Source: Octopus vulgaris
Lineage: Eukaryota
Direction: 5' to 3'
DNA length: 64,000 nt
Assembly (NCBI GenBank): GCA_951406725.2
Contig: OX597823.1
Coordinates: forward strand, 62,062,001-62,126,000
The translations under genes and the position numbers were made by a program. How positions within the stretch are numbered: position 1 is the first letter of the stretch; every line of letters starts with the position of its first letter. Shown piece by piece: positions 52,637 through 64,000 of the stretch. The notes under the pieces were generated by a model, which made no database searches, was not told the origin of the DNA, and worked only from the letters and a program-made list of their open reading frames with translations.

Positions 52637-54345
52637 GTATGTCTTTTTAACAAGTCACAGTAAATTAATCCTCAATTAGATTTACTCTCTTAATTGACTT
52701 AAATTCACCACCCTTTTGGAAGAATTCCATCATTATCATTTATTCATTTATTGCTTCTCTTATTCTTTTTTACCCTTTTTAAGTTTTTAACAATTCTATT
52801 GAAATATTCTACAAAAAATGATAATAACAAAATAAAGCAAATCTTTTCAAATTTTGACTGTAAAGGCATGAAAGAAAGCACTGATATTGTTACTGTTACC
52901 ATTGTCAATTACACTGCATATGAAGGAATTGCACTAGTTCTACTACAAATCAACTAGAATACTGGTGCATCTCATACAAAACTTTCTTATGAGCCTCTGC
53001 TTATAAATCAAGTGCTTCATTGTCATTGCTGTTTGTTTGTTTGTTTTAAAGCTACTCTTGTTGAAGAAATGTTCTTTTATTTAAGAAAGAAATCAATATG
53101 AGAAGAAACATTGCTATCACGCAGATTATCTCAATTTTGTATGCTTCCTAGTGGGATCTTTTCTGGGATTTATTATGTCTAGTGTATGCAGCTTGTTTGT
53201 GTAACAGTTCTATATTCTCTATCATTTGCAGAATAAAATAAAATGATAAAAATAAAACAAATACTTGTTTTATTTTGTTTTGTTCCGGTTTCAGTCATTT
53301 GGCTGTGGTCATTTGAGACTCTCATCTTCAAAAATTTGATCCAATCATTTTGATCCCTGATCTCGTGAAAAATGAACTGCAAAGACAATATTAGTCCAAG
53401 GGGGAAAATAACTTGAATGAAAATATGGCAGGGTATTTCTGTTTGAATGTACTGCATTTTCTATTCCTTCACTATACTCACATTCATACCTATATATATA
53501 CAAACATGTATGTATATATAGGTATATGTGATTTTATGTATGATGTATATAGGTGTGAGTGTGAATGTATATGTGCATGTGTGTATCATTCAACCACAGT
53601 AGTGGCTGAATATATTAAGTCCACCATTTCGTCAATTGTAGCAGCTTCCAAGCTTCCCCACTAATTCAGTTCTCAACTAAATTGCAAACTGTTAAGTTTT
53701 AAAGAGGACACCTCCTCAGCTACACTTTGGCATAAATAGTTTGAGATTTGGTTCAGTAGAAAAAAAGTTACATCAAAATAACTGCGACCTCAAGGGGGGG
53801 GGGCAATAAGGCACCTATTCACCTTCAATTGGCATAAACTTTTTAATTTTAAAATAAAAGTATAACTTTCTTAGGCTTAAATGATAGGAAAATGTATGAG
53901 GAATTCAGAGTCATTAGTCGCATTGAACAAAAATTAGTAGAAGAAAAGTTATAGGGTGAAATACTATGAAATTTTGAGTCAGTAAGAAAGTAATGCTTAG
54001 CAATAAGAATGAAGAATATATTGCTAAAATGAATGTTTATGTCCTAAGGCGGCGAGCTGGCAGAAACGTTAGCACACTGGGCGAAATGCTTAGTGGTATT
54101 TCAAATTCCACCCAAGTCGACTTCACTTTTTATTCATTTCGGATCTATTCAATTTGACATACATTATTTAATTAATTTTTTTTTAACTAAACACTTTGAA
54201 ACTTCCGATACTGGTACAATGAGTCACATACAACAGGGTTTACTCTTAACATTTTTGACAAAATTTTGTATTTTAGAAGTTATTTTAGAGCCACTTTTCT
54301 AATTTTCAACCAATTAAGAAAAAAATTAAAACTCTGCATGTGCAT

Positions 54346-54378
<33 letters not shown>

Positions 54379-54435
54379 AATTGAATTGAGTGAAACAAAT
54401 GAGAGATGTTTATAGTTTATTGAACTTAATAGTTA

Positions 54436-54478
54436 TCTCATAACTCGGGTTTCATGCCACTGCATTCTTCAGGCAAGA
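54436..54478 (-). ncRNA. Type I minimal hammerhead motif with weakened stem I
   Basis: Minus strand: TCTTGC CTGAAGA ATGC-agtg-GCAT GAA ACCCGAGT T ATGAGA. Core and stem II intact; stem III is one change from the palindrome ACTCGAGT. Confidence 0.65.
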
Positions 54479-55849
54479 ACTGTTGCAATTGGATTTTGGT
54501 AATATATTTGTATTCATTAATATGAGTATGGTTATCTCAAGCTTGTTTTTATTCATTGCTTTCTGTTTTTGCATTTGCTATTTCACTATTTTCCTGCTTC
54601 TGTCATTGGTTAATTTTGTTGGTTTATTTTTGGTGAAGGTGTGTTTTTAATTTGCTTATTCATTTTAGATTTATTAACCTAGTTAAGGATGTTCTTTTAT
54701 GAAGTTTTTTTGTTCTGTTATTATGTTTGTGAAGGATGTTTTGTTGGTGAATGAGTTTAACTGTCACACTAACAGAGGATGCCTCTATTGTAAAAGATGT
54801 TTCATGGCTGAATGATCTTTAAATGGCTTTTTCAATAGGAGCAGTTATTATGTGTGTGTGTGTGAGTGAGTGAGCATCTGGAAATTATAAGTTTGTTGGT
54901 GTGTATGCTTTAAGTTAATTGCTTGGCTTGAATATTTGGGATATTTTGTAGACAATAGACTTTTGTATAATTTAGTGAATAGAATTTGTTATCTGAATTG
55001 CAAGTTCTCAGGTGTGTAAGTTCATGTTTCTTTTTTTCAGTTTCACATTTAAACTCTCACAAATATCCTTTGCAAAAACATTATGCAAGAAATAATGCAC
55101 TCACACACACACACACACGGAAATCTATGATTCAAACAACTCATGCTCCCCATTTAATTATCAAAAATGCTACGCATTATGTTCATAGAATCCCAAATAT
55201 TTTAACTGACATACACACATCAACAAGCATATGAATTTCAGATGCCATGCACGCATTCACACACACTCACACACACTTTTTCTCTCTCTCTCACATCCCC
55301 TAAATACCTACTCCCAACGAAATCACCAAACCAAAATCACTCAACAATGAAACCTCATTTACTATAAAACTATCCTTAATTATTGTTATACTCGGAGATG
55401 GCCATTATTTTATTTTGTCAATTAAACACAGTTGCTATTTATTTGAGCTTTACTTTAGTTTTTATTTGTATTATGTTTAGTATATATGCCTCTCAATATT
55501 CTTTCATCAAACATTCTGTGACCTCATCAGTGACTTTCTGTCCCATGTGTCTCCTCTTGTCCTATTTATTCCATTTTGTCCTTCTGTGGTATGTATCTCT
55601 ATCTGTGCATGTGTTTTTGTCTCTGTGTGTGTGTCTGTATGTATGCTTAGTATGCGAGTCCTATGTGCGTGTATTTGGGTTTGTATATTACACTGTTTGT
55701 ACCCATGTCTTTTTTCTATTTATTTATTTATCTTTCGTTTTTCTTTCTCATTCTACCTTTAGTATGTATACATATGTCTTGTGTGTGTATATAAAGGTTT
55801 GTATCTTACACTGTTAGTACTCACAGCATTTATTAATTTTTCTTCATTT

Positions 55850-56225
55850 TGTTTTTAGTCATCTGGTTGCATAGTGTGGTGGAGTGGAGTGGTATTATTA
55901 CTCCATTCATGATTTCTGTTGAGGTTTTGTCAATCTTCTATTATGTATGTGGCTTCTGCAATCTGAGTATCGTGTCTGTTTTCTGTGTCAATAAGATCCT
56001 AACATCTATGTTGTCAACCAGTCCTCCATGTTCTAAGTGAGCACTGACAAACTTTTCTCTCCTCAAGTTCCCACCAGTGTTCACTTATCTGCTCACCTAT
56101 GTACGTCATTGTCCTGTTTCTGCACCATTCTTCTGTACATCAACTACAGACTACATTCCTATTCTTATAGTTTACCTGTAGGTTTATTCTAGACACTATA
56201 CAGTTCCTATCCATACAGGGAGCTC
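55850..56225 (-). mobile_element. Penelope-like GIY-YIG endonuclease fossil
   Basis: Minus strand NRNVVCS*CTEEWCRNRTMTYIGEQISEH (~56075-56165) matches the PLE pattern NVVY-x-x-x-C...C...YIGE...R..EH. Confidence 0.6.
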
Positions 56226-56674
56226 TTTCAAATGAGTATGTTATACAGATCATGAATTTTTTTTTTTTTTGGTGGATGTGGCAATTGGGGGGGGGGGGGC
56301 ACTGGTCTTTCTACTTCTATAATCTGTAGGTTCACTTTATCTAAGGTTTTCCTAAAAAAATATGCTAGTTTGCCTCCAGGGATAACATTGGCAAACATGA
56401 GACTCTGATATTTTTGGCTGTCATACCATAAGCTGACCTTAATTAGTTTCACAGTTAAACTCGGATTGCAAATAAACAGATTTTGCAATTACAATACAAT
56501 AATACGGTCTTCCACAGATTTTCTGTCTACCAAGTTTCACTCACAAGATATTGGTCAACCCAAGGCTATTGCTGGAAATACTTGTTTAATTCACTGGGCA
56601 CTGAGATCAAATCAACATGTTTACAAAGCTAATTTCTAAACCAGATAAGCAATCAATAACAAAGAAGATATATC

Positions 56675-57030
56675 TTTTTATCTTTTACTTGTTTCATTCA
56701 TTGGACTGCAGCCATGCTGGACGGTGCACCACCTTGAAGAATTTTTAGTTGAATGAATTGATCCCAGTGCTTTTTTTTTTAACCCTGGTACTTATGCTAT
56801 CAGTTTCTTTGGCTGAACTGCTAAGTTATAGGGATATATACACACACACACACATATATATATATGAAGGGCTTCTTTCAGTTTCCATCTACCAAATCTT
56901 CTCACAAGGCTTTAGTTGGCCTGAGGCTATAGTAGAAGACATAGTTCCAAGGTGCCACATGGTGGCTCTGGACTCAGAACCATGTGGTTGGGAAGCAAGC
57001 TCCTTACCAGAAAACCCTGCCTGTGCCTAT
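56675..57030 (-). mobile_element. Dominant-family SINE (antisense, internally deleted)
   Basis: Reverse-complement match to the family. Confidence 0.8.
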
Positions 57031-58289
57031 GTAGTAAAATAAAATAAGTACCATATAAAACCAAAGCATTATGTTGTGAGAGAAAGGAAGAGATCAACCT
57101 TTCAAATAATTTATCTTTTGTCAGAATAAACAAGTAAAGAAGAGATATAAAGTGTTCAGAGAACAAAAATATGCATGTCTTTAAAGAACCAGCATAGCAA
57201 ATTATTGCTAAATGGATATAGGTGAGGGTAAGTAGTTTCTGGAAAAACCAATAATAAAAACCTCTGAATAGTGCTTGATAGAGAGTAGAGAAGGTGGGAG
57301 GTTAGAGCAGTGTGAGTAATATTGGTTTCAATTTTGGCAGAAGGCCAGTAATTTTGGTTGAGAGGATAAGTCAATTATGTTAACCCCAGTGCTTAACTGG
57401 TACTTGGTGTATCAACCCCGAAAGTAATGCAAGACGAAGTTGACCTCAGCTGAATTTGAATGCAGAACATAGAGGCAAGCACAATGATACTAAGCATCTT
57501 GCTCTGCCTTCTAATGATTCTGCCAGCTTGCCGCCTTAAAAGGTGTATTTCCTGGTAAGAATTGAAACTTCCACTTGGCTATTATGTCCCTGCTTTCATG
57601 CCCATAAGGCCACTAAAGCAGTCTCAGTGTGAGTAATATTGATTTCAAACTTTGGCACAAGGCACAATTTCAGGTGAGCAGGGTAAGCCAATTTCATCAA
57701 CCACAGTGCTCAACTGGTGCTTATTTTATCAACCCTGAAAGGGATGAAAGGTAAAATCAACCTCAGTGGAATTTGAACATTTCGTCTATAAAGATGGATG
57801 AAACACCATGAAACATTATGCCAGTTCACCACCTTCCAGTATGAGTAATATTGACATAACAACATGTATGAGTGGTGTGTATGAGTCTGGATGGTAACAA
57901 AAAGGGAATTTTTATTTTCAATAAGGTATATGTGGTTGTGAAGTGAGTGGAAGCAGGACAGGGTTAAAATGCATGCATGAACATGTATCAGTGTGTGTGT
58001 GGATTGGCAAAGAGGGAAATTAATCAGTTATTGCTACTTCAATAGTAGCTGTCCCTGATGGAAGATTAACTGTTATTCCTGAAAGAGTTATAAAGCAGCA
58101 GACACATGGTCTTATGGAAGACTGCTGACAGTTACATGAAGCTGGGAGTAGTTTGAAAAATTGAAATGACAGATGAAAAGATTAAGTAATTCATTGCTAT
58201 TTTGTCACAGATCCAACTTGCTAATCTCTGAACAATTTCTCTTGTATACAACAAATCACAAATTTGGCATTTAATGCAGCAGATTACAG

Positions 58290-58660
58290 ATTACATTTTT
58301 TTTTTTCTTGCGGTGTAAGTGAAGTAGCCAGTGATGGAGAAGAACGGAACAGAACTGCACAAAGTGATAATGTTCTGCAATGGGAGCTGGAATAAGAAAG
58401 TAATTCAAGTTGGGTGTGGCAAGAGGTGAAAGAGATGTGTATAAGATGGTCATCCAGAGTGTTGTTACATCTGGAAGAAGGGAGAAGCTGTTCAAGAAAG
58501 ATGTGGCAGACAATGGGGCTAGACTGATGGACGTGGAACTAATGCAAAATGGTACCCTGGAGTGGTTTGGTTGGGGAAAGGACAGTGAAGGGAAGGGAAT
58601 ATGGTTGGCGGTGAAGCATGTCAGCAAGCTGTGTGAGTGGCTAGTCAGAGGCAAAATAAT
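58290..58660 (+). mobile_element. Degenerate RTE-like LINE C-terminal fossil
   Basis: VYKMVIQSVV and NGTLEWFG resemble RTE motifs VYKTVVRPAL and RRLRWFGH. Confidence 0.45.
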
Positions 58661-59964
58661 CAAATTGCAACAACTCATTTCTGCCCATTACCAACCAATT
58701 AAATTCTCTAAACCACTCCTACCTTCATTTTACTGTCTGTGATCTGCAACATCACAACCGCTGCTTCTCAATCCTTCCAGAAATGACAATCTTATGCTTG
58801 GGAAGAGCTGCAATTTGAAACATCAATAAAAGTTTAGCTTTCCTCTTCTGCCTCCCCCTACACGCTAATGAATATCCACACGTGTAGTTCTGTACCATCT
58901 CTTTTGTATTCACCTGTCTATACCTACAAGGTGACTTGTTTGTACCAACATTTTTTTGTTGTTGTTGTTTTACACTAAAATTGTAGGTACCAATCAAGTA
59001 CTGCAATTTATCTGCCTGGTACTCATTGTGAAGTATCAGTCAAATAAATTGGTAACTACACATCCTCCCCAAAATATGTAGCTTTGTAACTACTTAGGAA
59101 ATCATTAGAAACAAGGTTGGGTGAGTTGTGGTTGTGGTAGCTGAACAGTAGGAAGATTTGGTACAAATTAAGCCAGTAACTTCACTGCTCATTCCTAGTT
59201 GGAACTGTTAGTCTTGGCAAAGACATGAACATCACAATGTTGTTTACTTGTATAAATATGAGATTTATAGTATTATATCAACAAAATCATTATAAGAATA
59301 AAGAACAATCCTTCAAACTTTGCAGCCAGTTTAGATGCAGAGGGGGGAAAAAAATAACCTCATCCAATTTCATATACCAAATTATGGAACAATTAGCCTT
59401 GTGGAAAAAGTTTTACAGTTTTTCAAACCATTATTTGAGAAAGAAATAAGCCTAAAACAAAACACTGCAATAACTTCGTTGATTCCTATAAAATCACTTT
59501 AGGTCAAGATAGAATAAACAAAAGAAATGATATAAAGCTTTTTCTTGCATTGTACTTCCACTACTTGTTCAAGTGGCATATTAATATTTTTATATTTTTA
59601 CTTGCTGAAATTTAGTAGAGGCATGAGAATTAAATTAAGCATAATAATTCATGAAGACTTGTAGTATTCAGTTACAAAAATAAGTTTGATTTTTTTTTAA
59701 ATTAAAATTTCACAAAGTTAACAAAACAGCACATTAGAATTAAACATTAATTTTTTTTTTTATAATTTTACTATTTCCCAAAAACTTCTCCAAAATTATA
59801 TCATTTATCTTCCTGTCCACTTTTTCTTTCAAAATCTACAATAATTTAAACTGAAAAATTTAAATATTAAGTAATCTCAGTTAGCTAAAATGATTTTGAG
59901 CAACTATTCAGACAAATAAAAGGAAAAGACTTGGACATTTATGTGCGTGTGTGTATATATCTTT

Positions 59965-60335
59965 TGTCCATTACTTGTTTCATTAGATTGTGGTCATGCT
60001 GGTGCACTTCCTTGAATAATTTTTAGTCGAATGAAATGACTTCCAGTACCTATTTTCTGTTTTTAAGCCTGATAATTATTCTGTCGATCTCTTTTTGCTG
60101 AAGTGTTAAGTTACAGGGACATAAACACACCACCACCATTTGTCAAGCAGTGGTGGAGGACAGACACAGACATACTCACATGCACATATGACAGGCTTCT
60201 TTCAGTTTCCATCTAACAAATCCACTCACATGGCTTTGGTTGGCTCAAGACTATTGTAAAAGACACACAGTGGGACTGAACTCTGAGCCATGTGGTTGGA
60301 GAGAAAACTTCTTACCACACAGCCATGCCTGCACC
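59965..60335 (-). mobile_element. Dominant-family SINE (antisense)
   Basis: Reverse-complement match to the family. Confidence 0.8.
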
Positions 60336-60339
60336 TATA

Positions 60340-61360
60340 CATCATCATCATTTAACGTCCGTTGTTCATGGGTTGGATGGTTTGACTGGGCTAGCACACT
60401 GGAAGGCTGCACCAGGCTGCAGTCTGATTTAGTATGGTTTTCTACAGCTGGATGCTCTTCTTAATGCCAACCACTCCTAAAATGTTATGAGTGCTTTTAT
60501 ATGCCACCAGCATGGGTGCCATTTGTGTGACACTGGTATCTGCCATGACTGCGATTTTGCTTGGCTTGATGGTTCTTCTTCTCAAGCACAACATAATGCC
60601 AAAAGTCTTGGTCATTGCCTCCATGAAGCATTCGAAAGGAACTCAGCCACCTCGCCCCCATGAGGCCCACTCAAAATGAACTCAGCCACCTTGCCTCTGT
60701 GACGCCTGCTCAAAAGGAACTCAACCACCTTGCTTTCATGAGGCCCAATGCTCAAAAGAAACTCAGCCACTTTGCCTCCATCAGGCCCAACGTTCAAAGG
60801 TTGATTTTTTTTTTTTTACAATCTGCCAGCACAGGTGCACTTAGCTTGATGGGTCCTCTTAAGCAGAGCACATTACCAAAGGTCTCAGTCACTAGCCATT
60901 GCCTCTGAAATTCAAAGTTTGAAGGTCATGCTTCACTACCTCAGCCCATGTCTTCCTGGGTCTATCTCTAGTACAAGTTCCCTCCACAGTTGGAGATTGG
61001 CACTTCTTTACACAGCTGTCCTTGTCTGTATGCATCACATGACCATACCAGTGCAGTCATCTCCCTTGTACGCCACATCTGATTCCTCTTATGCCTAACT
61101 TTTCTCTCAAGATGCTTACACTCTGTCAAACATGCACACTGACATTGCACATCCAGCAAAGCATACTAGTTTCATTTCTCTCAACTCTGCACATGTCCTC
61201 AGCTGTCATAGCTTATGTTTCACTGCCATGCAGTATAGCTGTTCGCACACAAGCATCAAACAATCTGCCATTCACTTTGAGAGAGAGGCCCTGTGTTGCT
61301 AGCAGGGGTAGGAGTTCTCTGAACTTTCCCCAGCCTAATCTTATTCTCACTGCTATGCTC
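60340..61360 (-). mobile_element. RTE LINE 3' portion (ORF C-terminus, 3' UTR, (ATG)n tail) with internal duplications
   Basis: Minus strand LHWYGHVMHTDKDSCVKKCQSPTVEGTCTRDRPRKTWAEVVKHDLQTL (~60915-61060) is the typical RTE C-terminus (LRWFGHV...GRPRKTW); (CAT)n at 60340. Confidence 0.85.
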
Positions 61361-62351
61361 CCAATGTGTGTGTATGTGTGTATGATAAATTTATTGTACT
61401 AAAGTACAGACAAGTAGAAAGAACACAGTACTAAAAACTTAACAGTAAATTGTAATCCTAAATGTTTTAAATTTGGTTAAATACCTGTCTCTCTATCTAT
61501 ACATCCATCTATCCATTCATGCACGTGTGTGTGTGCTGTATTTATAAGTGAATATATATCTTTTATCTTTTACTTCTTTCAGTCATTGAAGTATGACCAT
61601 ACTAGGTTTAGTCAAGCAAATCAACCCTACCACTTATTTTTCTTTTAAGTCTGGTACTTCTTCTGTTGGGCTCTTTTGTCTAACTACTGAGTTATGGGAA
61701 CATAAACAAACCAACACTGGTTGCCATGTGACTTGACAAACACACACACACGCACTTGAATGTTCTATTGATCAGATCAACTGGAACACTCATCATCTTA
61801 ATCAACAGAGAACCAGGCTATAGTAGTCATTTTTGATTTAAACACAAGTTCGGCAAATCTGATGGGAAGACCAGTTGACAACATTGGCTCCAGTATTCAA
61901 CTGTTACTTTATAGTAGTGATCTCCAAGGGGAGGAAAAAGGCTAAGTTGACCTTGGCAGGATTTTATACCAAATGAGAATGTAAAGAGGTGGAGCTAATA
62001 GTGCAAGGTTATTTTGTCTGCTGCTGTAATGATGCTGCCAACTCACTGGATGACCATGGGATTGCACTTAGAAAGTTTCCTTCCAAAGTCCAGGCAAGGT
62101 TGTTTATGGAAGACCAACAAAATACCCATGCATACCAGCCTCCCTTCTCCATGCCACTGATGTTATCCAAATGAAAGGCAAAGGCCGATACAACTTGGCA
62201 CCATTGACATCGCAACTCGTATCTACTGCTGAGTGACCTGGAGCAATGTGAAATAAAATATCTTGCTCAAGAACACAACACACAGCCTGGTCCAGGAATT
62301 GAACTCACTACATCATGATTGTGAGCTTGACACTCTAACCACTGAGCTATG

Positions 62352-62394
<43 letters not shown>

Positions 62395-62397
62395 TAG

Positions 62398-62740
62398 GTG
62401 CAGGCATGGCTGTGTGGTAAGAAATTTGCTTCCCAATGGCATAATTCTTGCTTCAGTCCTATCATGTGGCACATTGGGCAAGTGTCTTGTGCTATAGCTC
62501 CAGGCCTTGTGAGTGGATTTGGTAGACAGAAACTGAAAGAAGCCCGTCATACTTATATAGATGTTTGTGTGTATTGCGCTTGTTTGACCCTCCCCACCAC
62601 CACCACTTGACAACTATTGTTGGTTTGTTTCAGTCCCTCTAGCTTAGTGACAGCAAAAACAGACTGACAGAATAAGTACTAGGCTTAAAAGGCAGTGCTC
62701 AAGCATGGCCACAGTCTAATGAGTGAAACAAGTAAAAGAT
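62398..62740 (+). mobile_element. Dominant-family SINE
   Basis: Head GGCATGGCTGTGTGGTAAG, tail GAAACAAGTAAAAGA. Confidence 0.8.
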
Positions 62741-64000
62741 ACATACATGTATGATATGTACAGTACATATATGCACACACATTCACAAACATGCATTATA
62801 CATATTACACTATGGCTGTTCTTGATGGCTTTCACAGAATTATACTTACTTTCTTTTTCCCCATTTACAAAGTTTCAATTTTAACTATTTTTATTTTGTA
62901 GAATCAATTTTTCTCATCTATAATTGCACCAGAAATGTTTTGTTTATGTTTTTTCCTTTTATTTTTCGTTCTTTTTGACATCATATAGCACAATAAAATT
63001 ACAAAGGCTTGGGAATGCAACCAATTAGATGGAAAATGTTTTGTCATAATGAACAGTTTCCACATCAAATGGAAACTTGCCTATTTAAAGATCTTCGAAG
63101 AATTAGCTATTTATTTATTTATATATTTTCCCCTTTTTTTTTTTCATGTTTTCATTTTTAATACAGGTTTTCTGCTTTCCCACTTACCAAATATAGCTAA
63201 TTATATTCAGATTGGAACCAGACAATAATTCACTAGACCATAATAATTACACAGCTTTCAACATACACTTCCTTCTATTTCTTTGCATTAAGTCTTCTTA
63301 GCAAAAAGAAAAAAATTAAATTAAATTAAAAACTATTCAATATGCATTTTAGATTGTATTTTTATATAATATTTTGATTGGTAGGAGGAGTGACAGTAGG
63401 TTGCTTTCAAAGGACGAATGGATTTTTAGCAATGAAGAGTTTTATGTAACATTTACTATAACAAGGAATACAGTTCGAAAGTGTATTTCTCTCCTGGTTA
63501 TTATTTTAAGGAAATATATTGAATGCATTGACGCTGACTGTTCGCTTTATAATTAGTACATCAATGAATGTATCCCTGCTGTGTTTTAAATTGTTTCAAA
63601 TATAATGCATTGAATTAAAAGAGTGAAACAGAAGACCTTGTTATATAAGTAACATTTTTTTTTCAACATTAGATATATAATCTAAAGCAGTGGTTCTCAG
63701 CTTTTTGTGGTTTAATGTTCCCTTTCACTGAATGGTGCTTTACAAATGACCCCTCTGTATGTTGTGCAGATTGAAAGGTTTTGCATATATAATAAGAAGG
63801 AAAAGAAAGGAAGAAAGAATAAGTACAATATATATATATATTCTTTTCTACTTTAGGCACAAGGCCTGAAATTTTGGGGGAGGGGGCAGTCAATTAGTTT
63901 GACCCCAGTATGCAACTGGTACTTAATTTATTGACCCCGAAAAGATGAAAGACAAAGTCAACCTTGGCAGAATTTGAACTCGGAGCATAATGACAGATAA

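Noticed and set aside
55383-55817. 144-aa hydrophobic ORF resembling a membrane protein
   Set aside because: It arises from T-rich and (TG)n low-complexity sequence.
60612-60800. Regularly spaced short repeats suggesting a CRISPR array
   Set aside because: Eukaryotic context, no unique spacers and no cas genes; it is a LINE-derived minisatellite.
63168-63230. Possible next syntrophin exon after a strong pyrimidine tract (aatacag|GTTTTCTG...)
   Set aside because: In phase 1 it reads GFLLSHLPNIANYIQIGTRQ* with no donor and no syntrophin similarity. An alternative terminal exon cannot be excluded.
63374-63556. 60-aa ORF in non-repetitive-looking sequence
   Set aside because: No recognisable homology, and the frame does not fit the phase-1 donor at 52636.

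Overview
AT-rich, repeat-saturated animal genomic DNA, probably an octopus (inferred from recalled cephalopod SINE families, not from a search). The only supportable protein-coding gene is a + strand gamma-syntrophin (SNTG1/2-like), seen as three spliced exons: 29659-29805, 43047-43205 and 52513-52636. They encode the N-terminal split-PH segment and the PDZ domain; the start exon and later exons were not located. Almost all ORFs in the supplied track are artefacts of SINEs or microsatellites. The rest is transposon-derived: several tRNA-derived SINE families, LINE fossils (RTE, L2/CR1-like), Penelope-like (PLE) remnants, an internally deleted mariner, hAT/Tigger/piggyBac-like MITEs and two non-autonomous Helitrons. 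The most notable signal is five type I hammerhead-ribozyme (HHR) motifs. The best one lies in a highly structured 360-nt unit with a ~42-nt terminal redundancy (3974-4375) and has a compensatory U3-A8 core. It looks like a genomic copy of a small circular self-cleaving RNA (non-LTR retrozyme or PLE-associated). All coordinates and pairings were read by eye; repeat boundaries are approximate.
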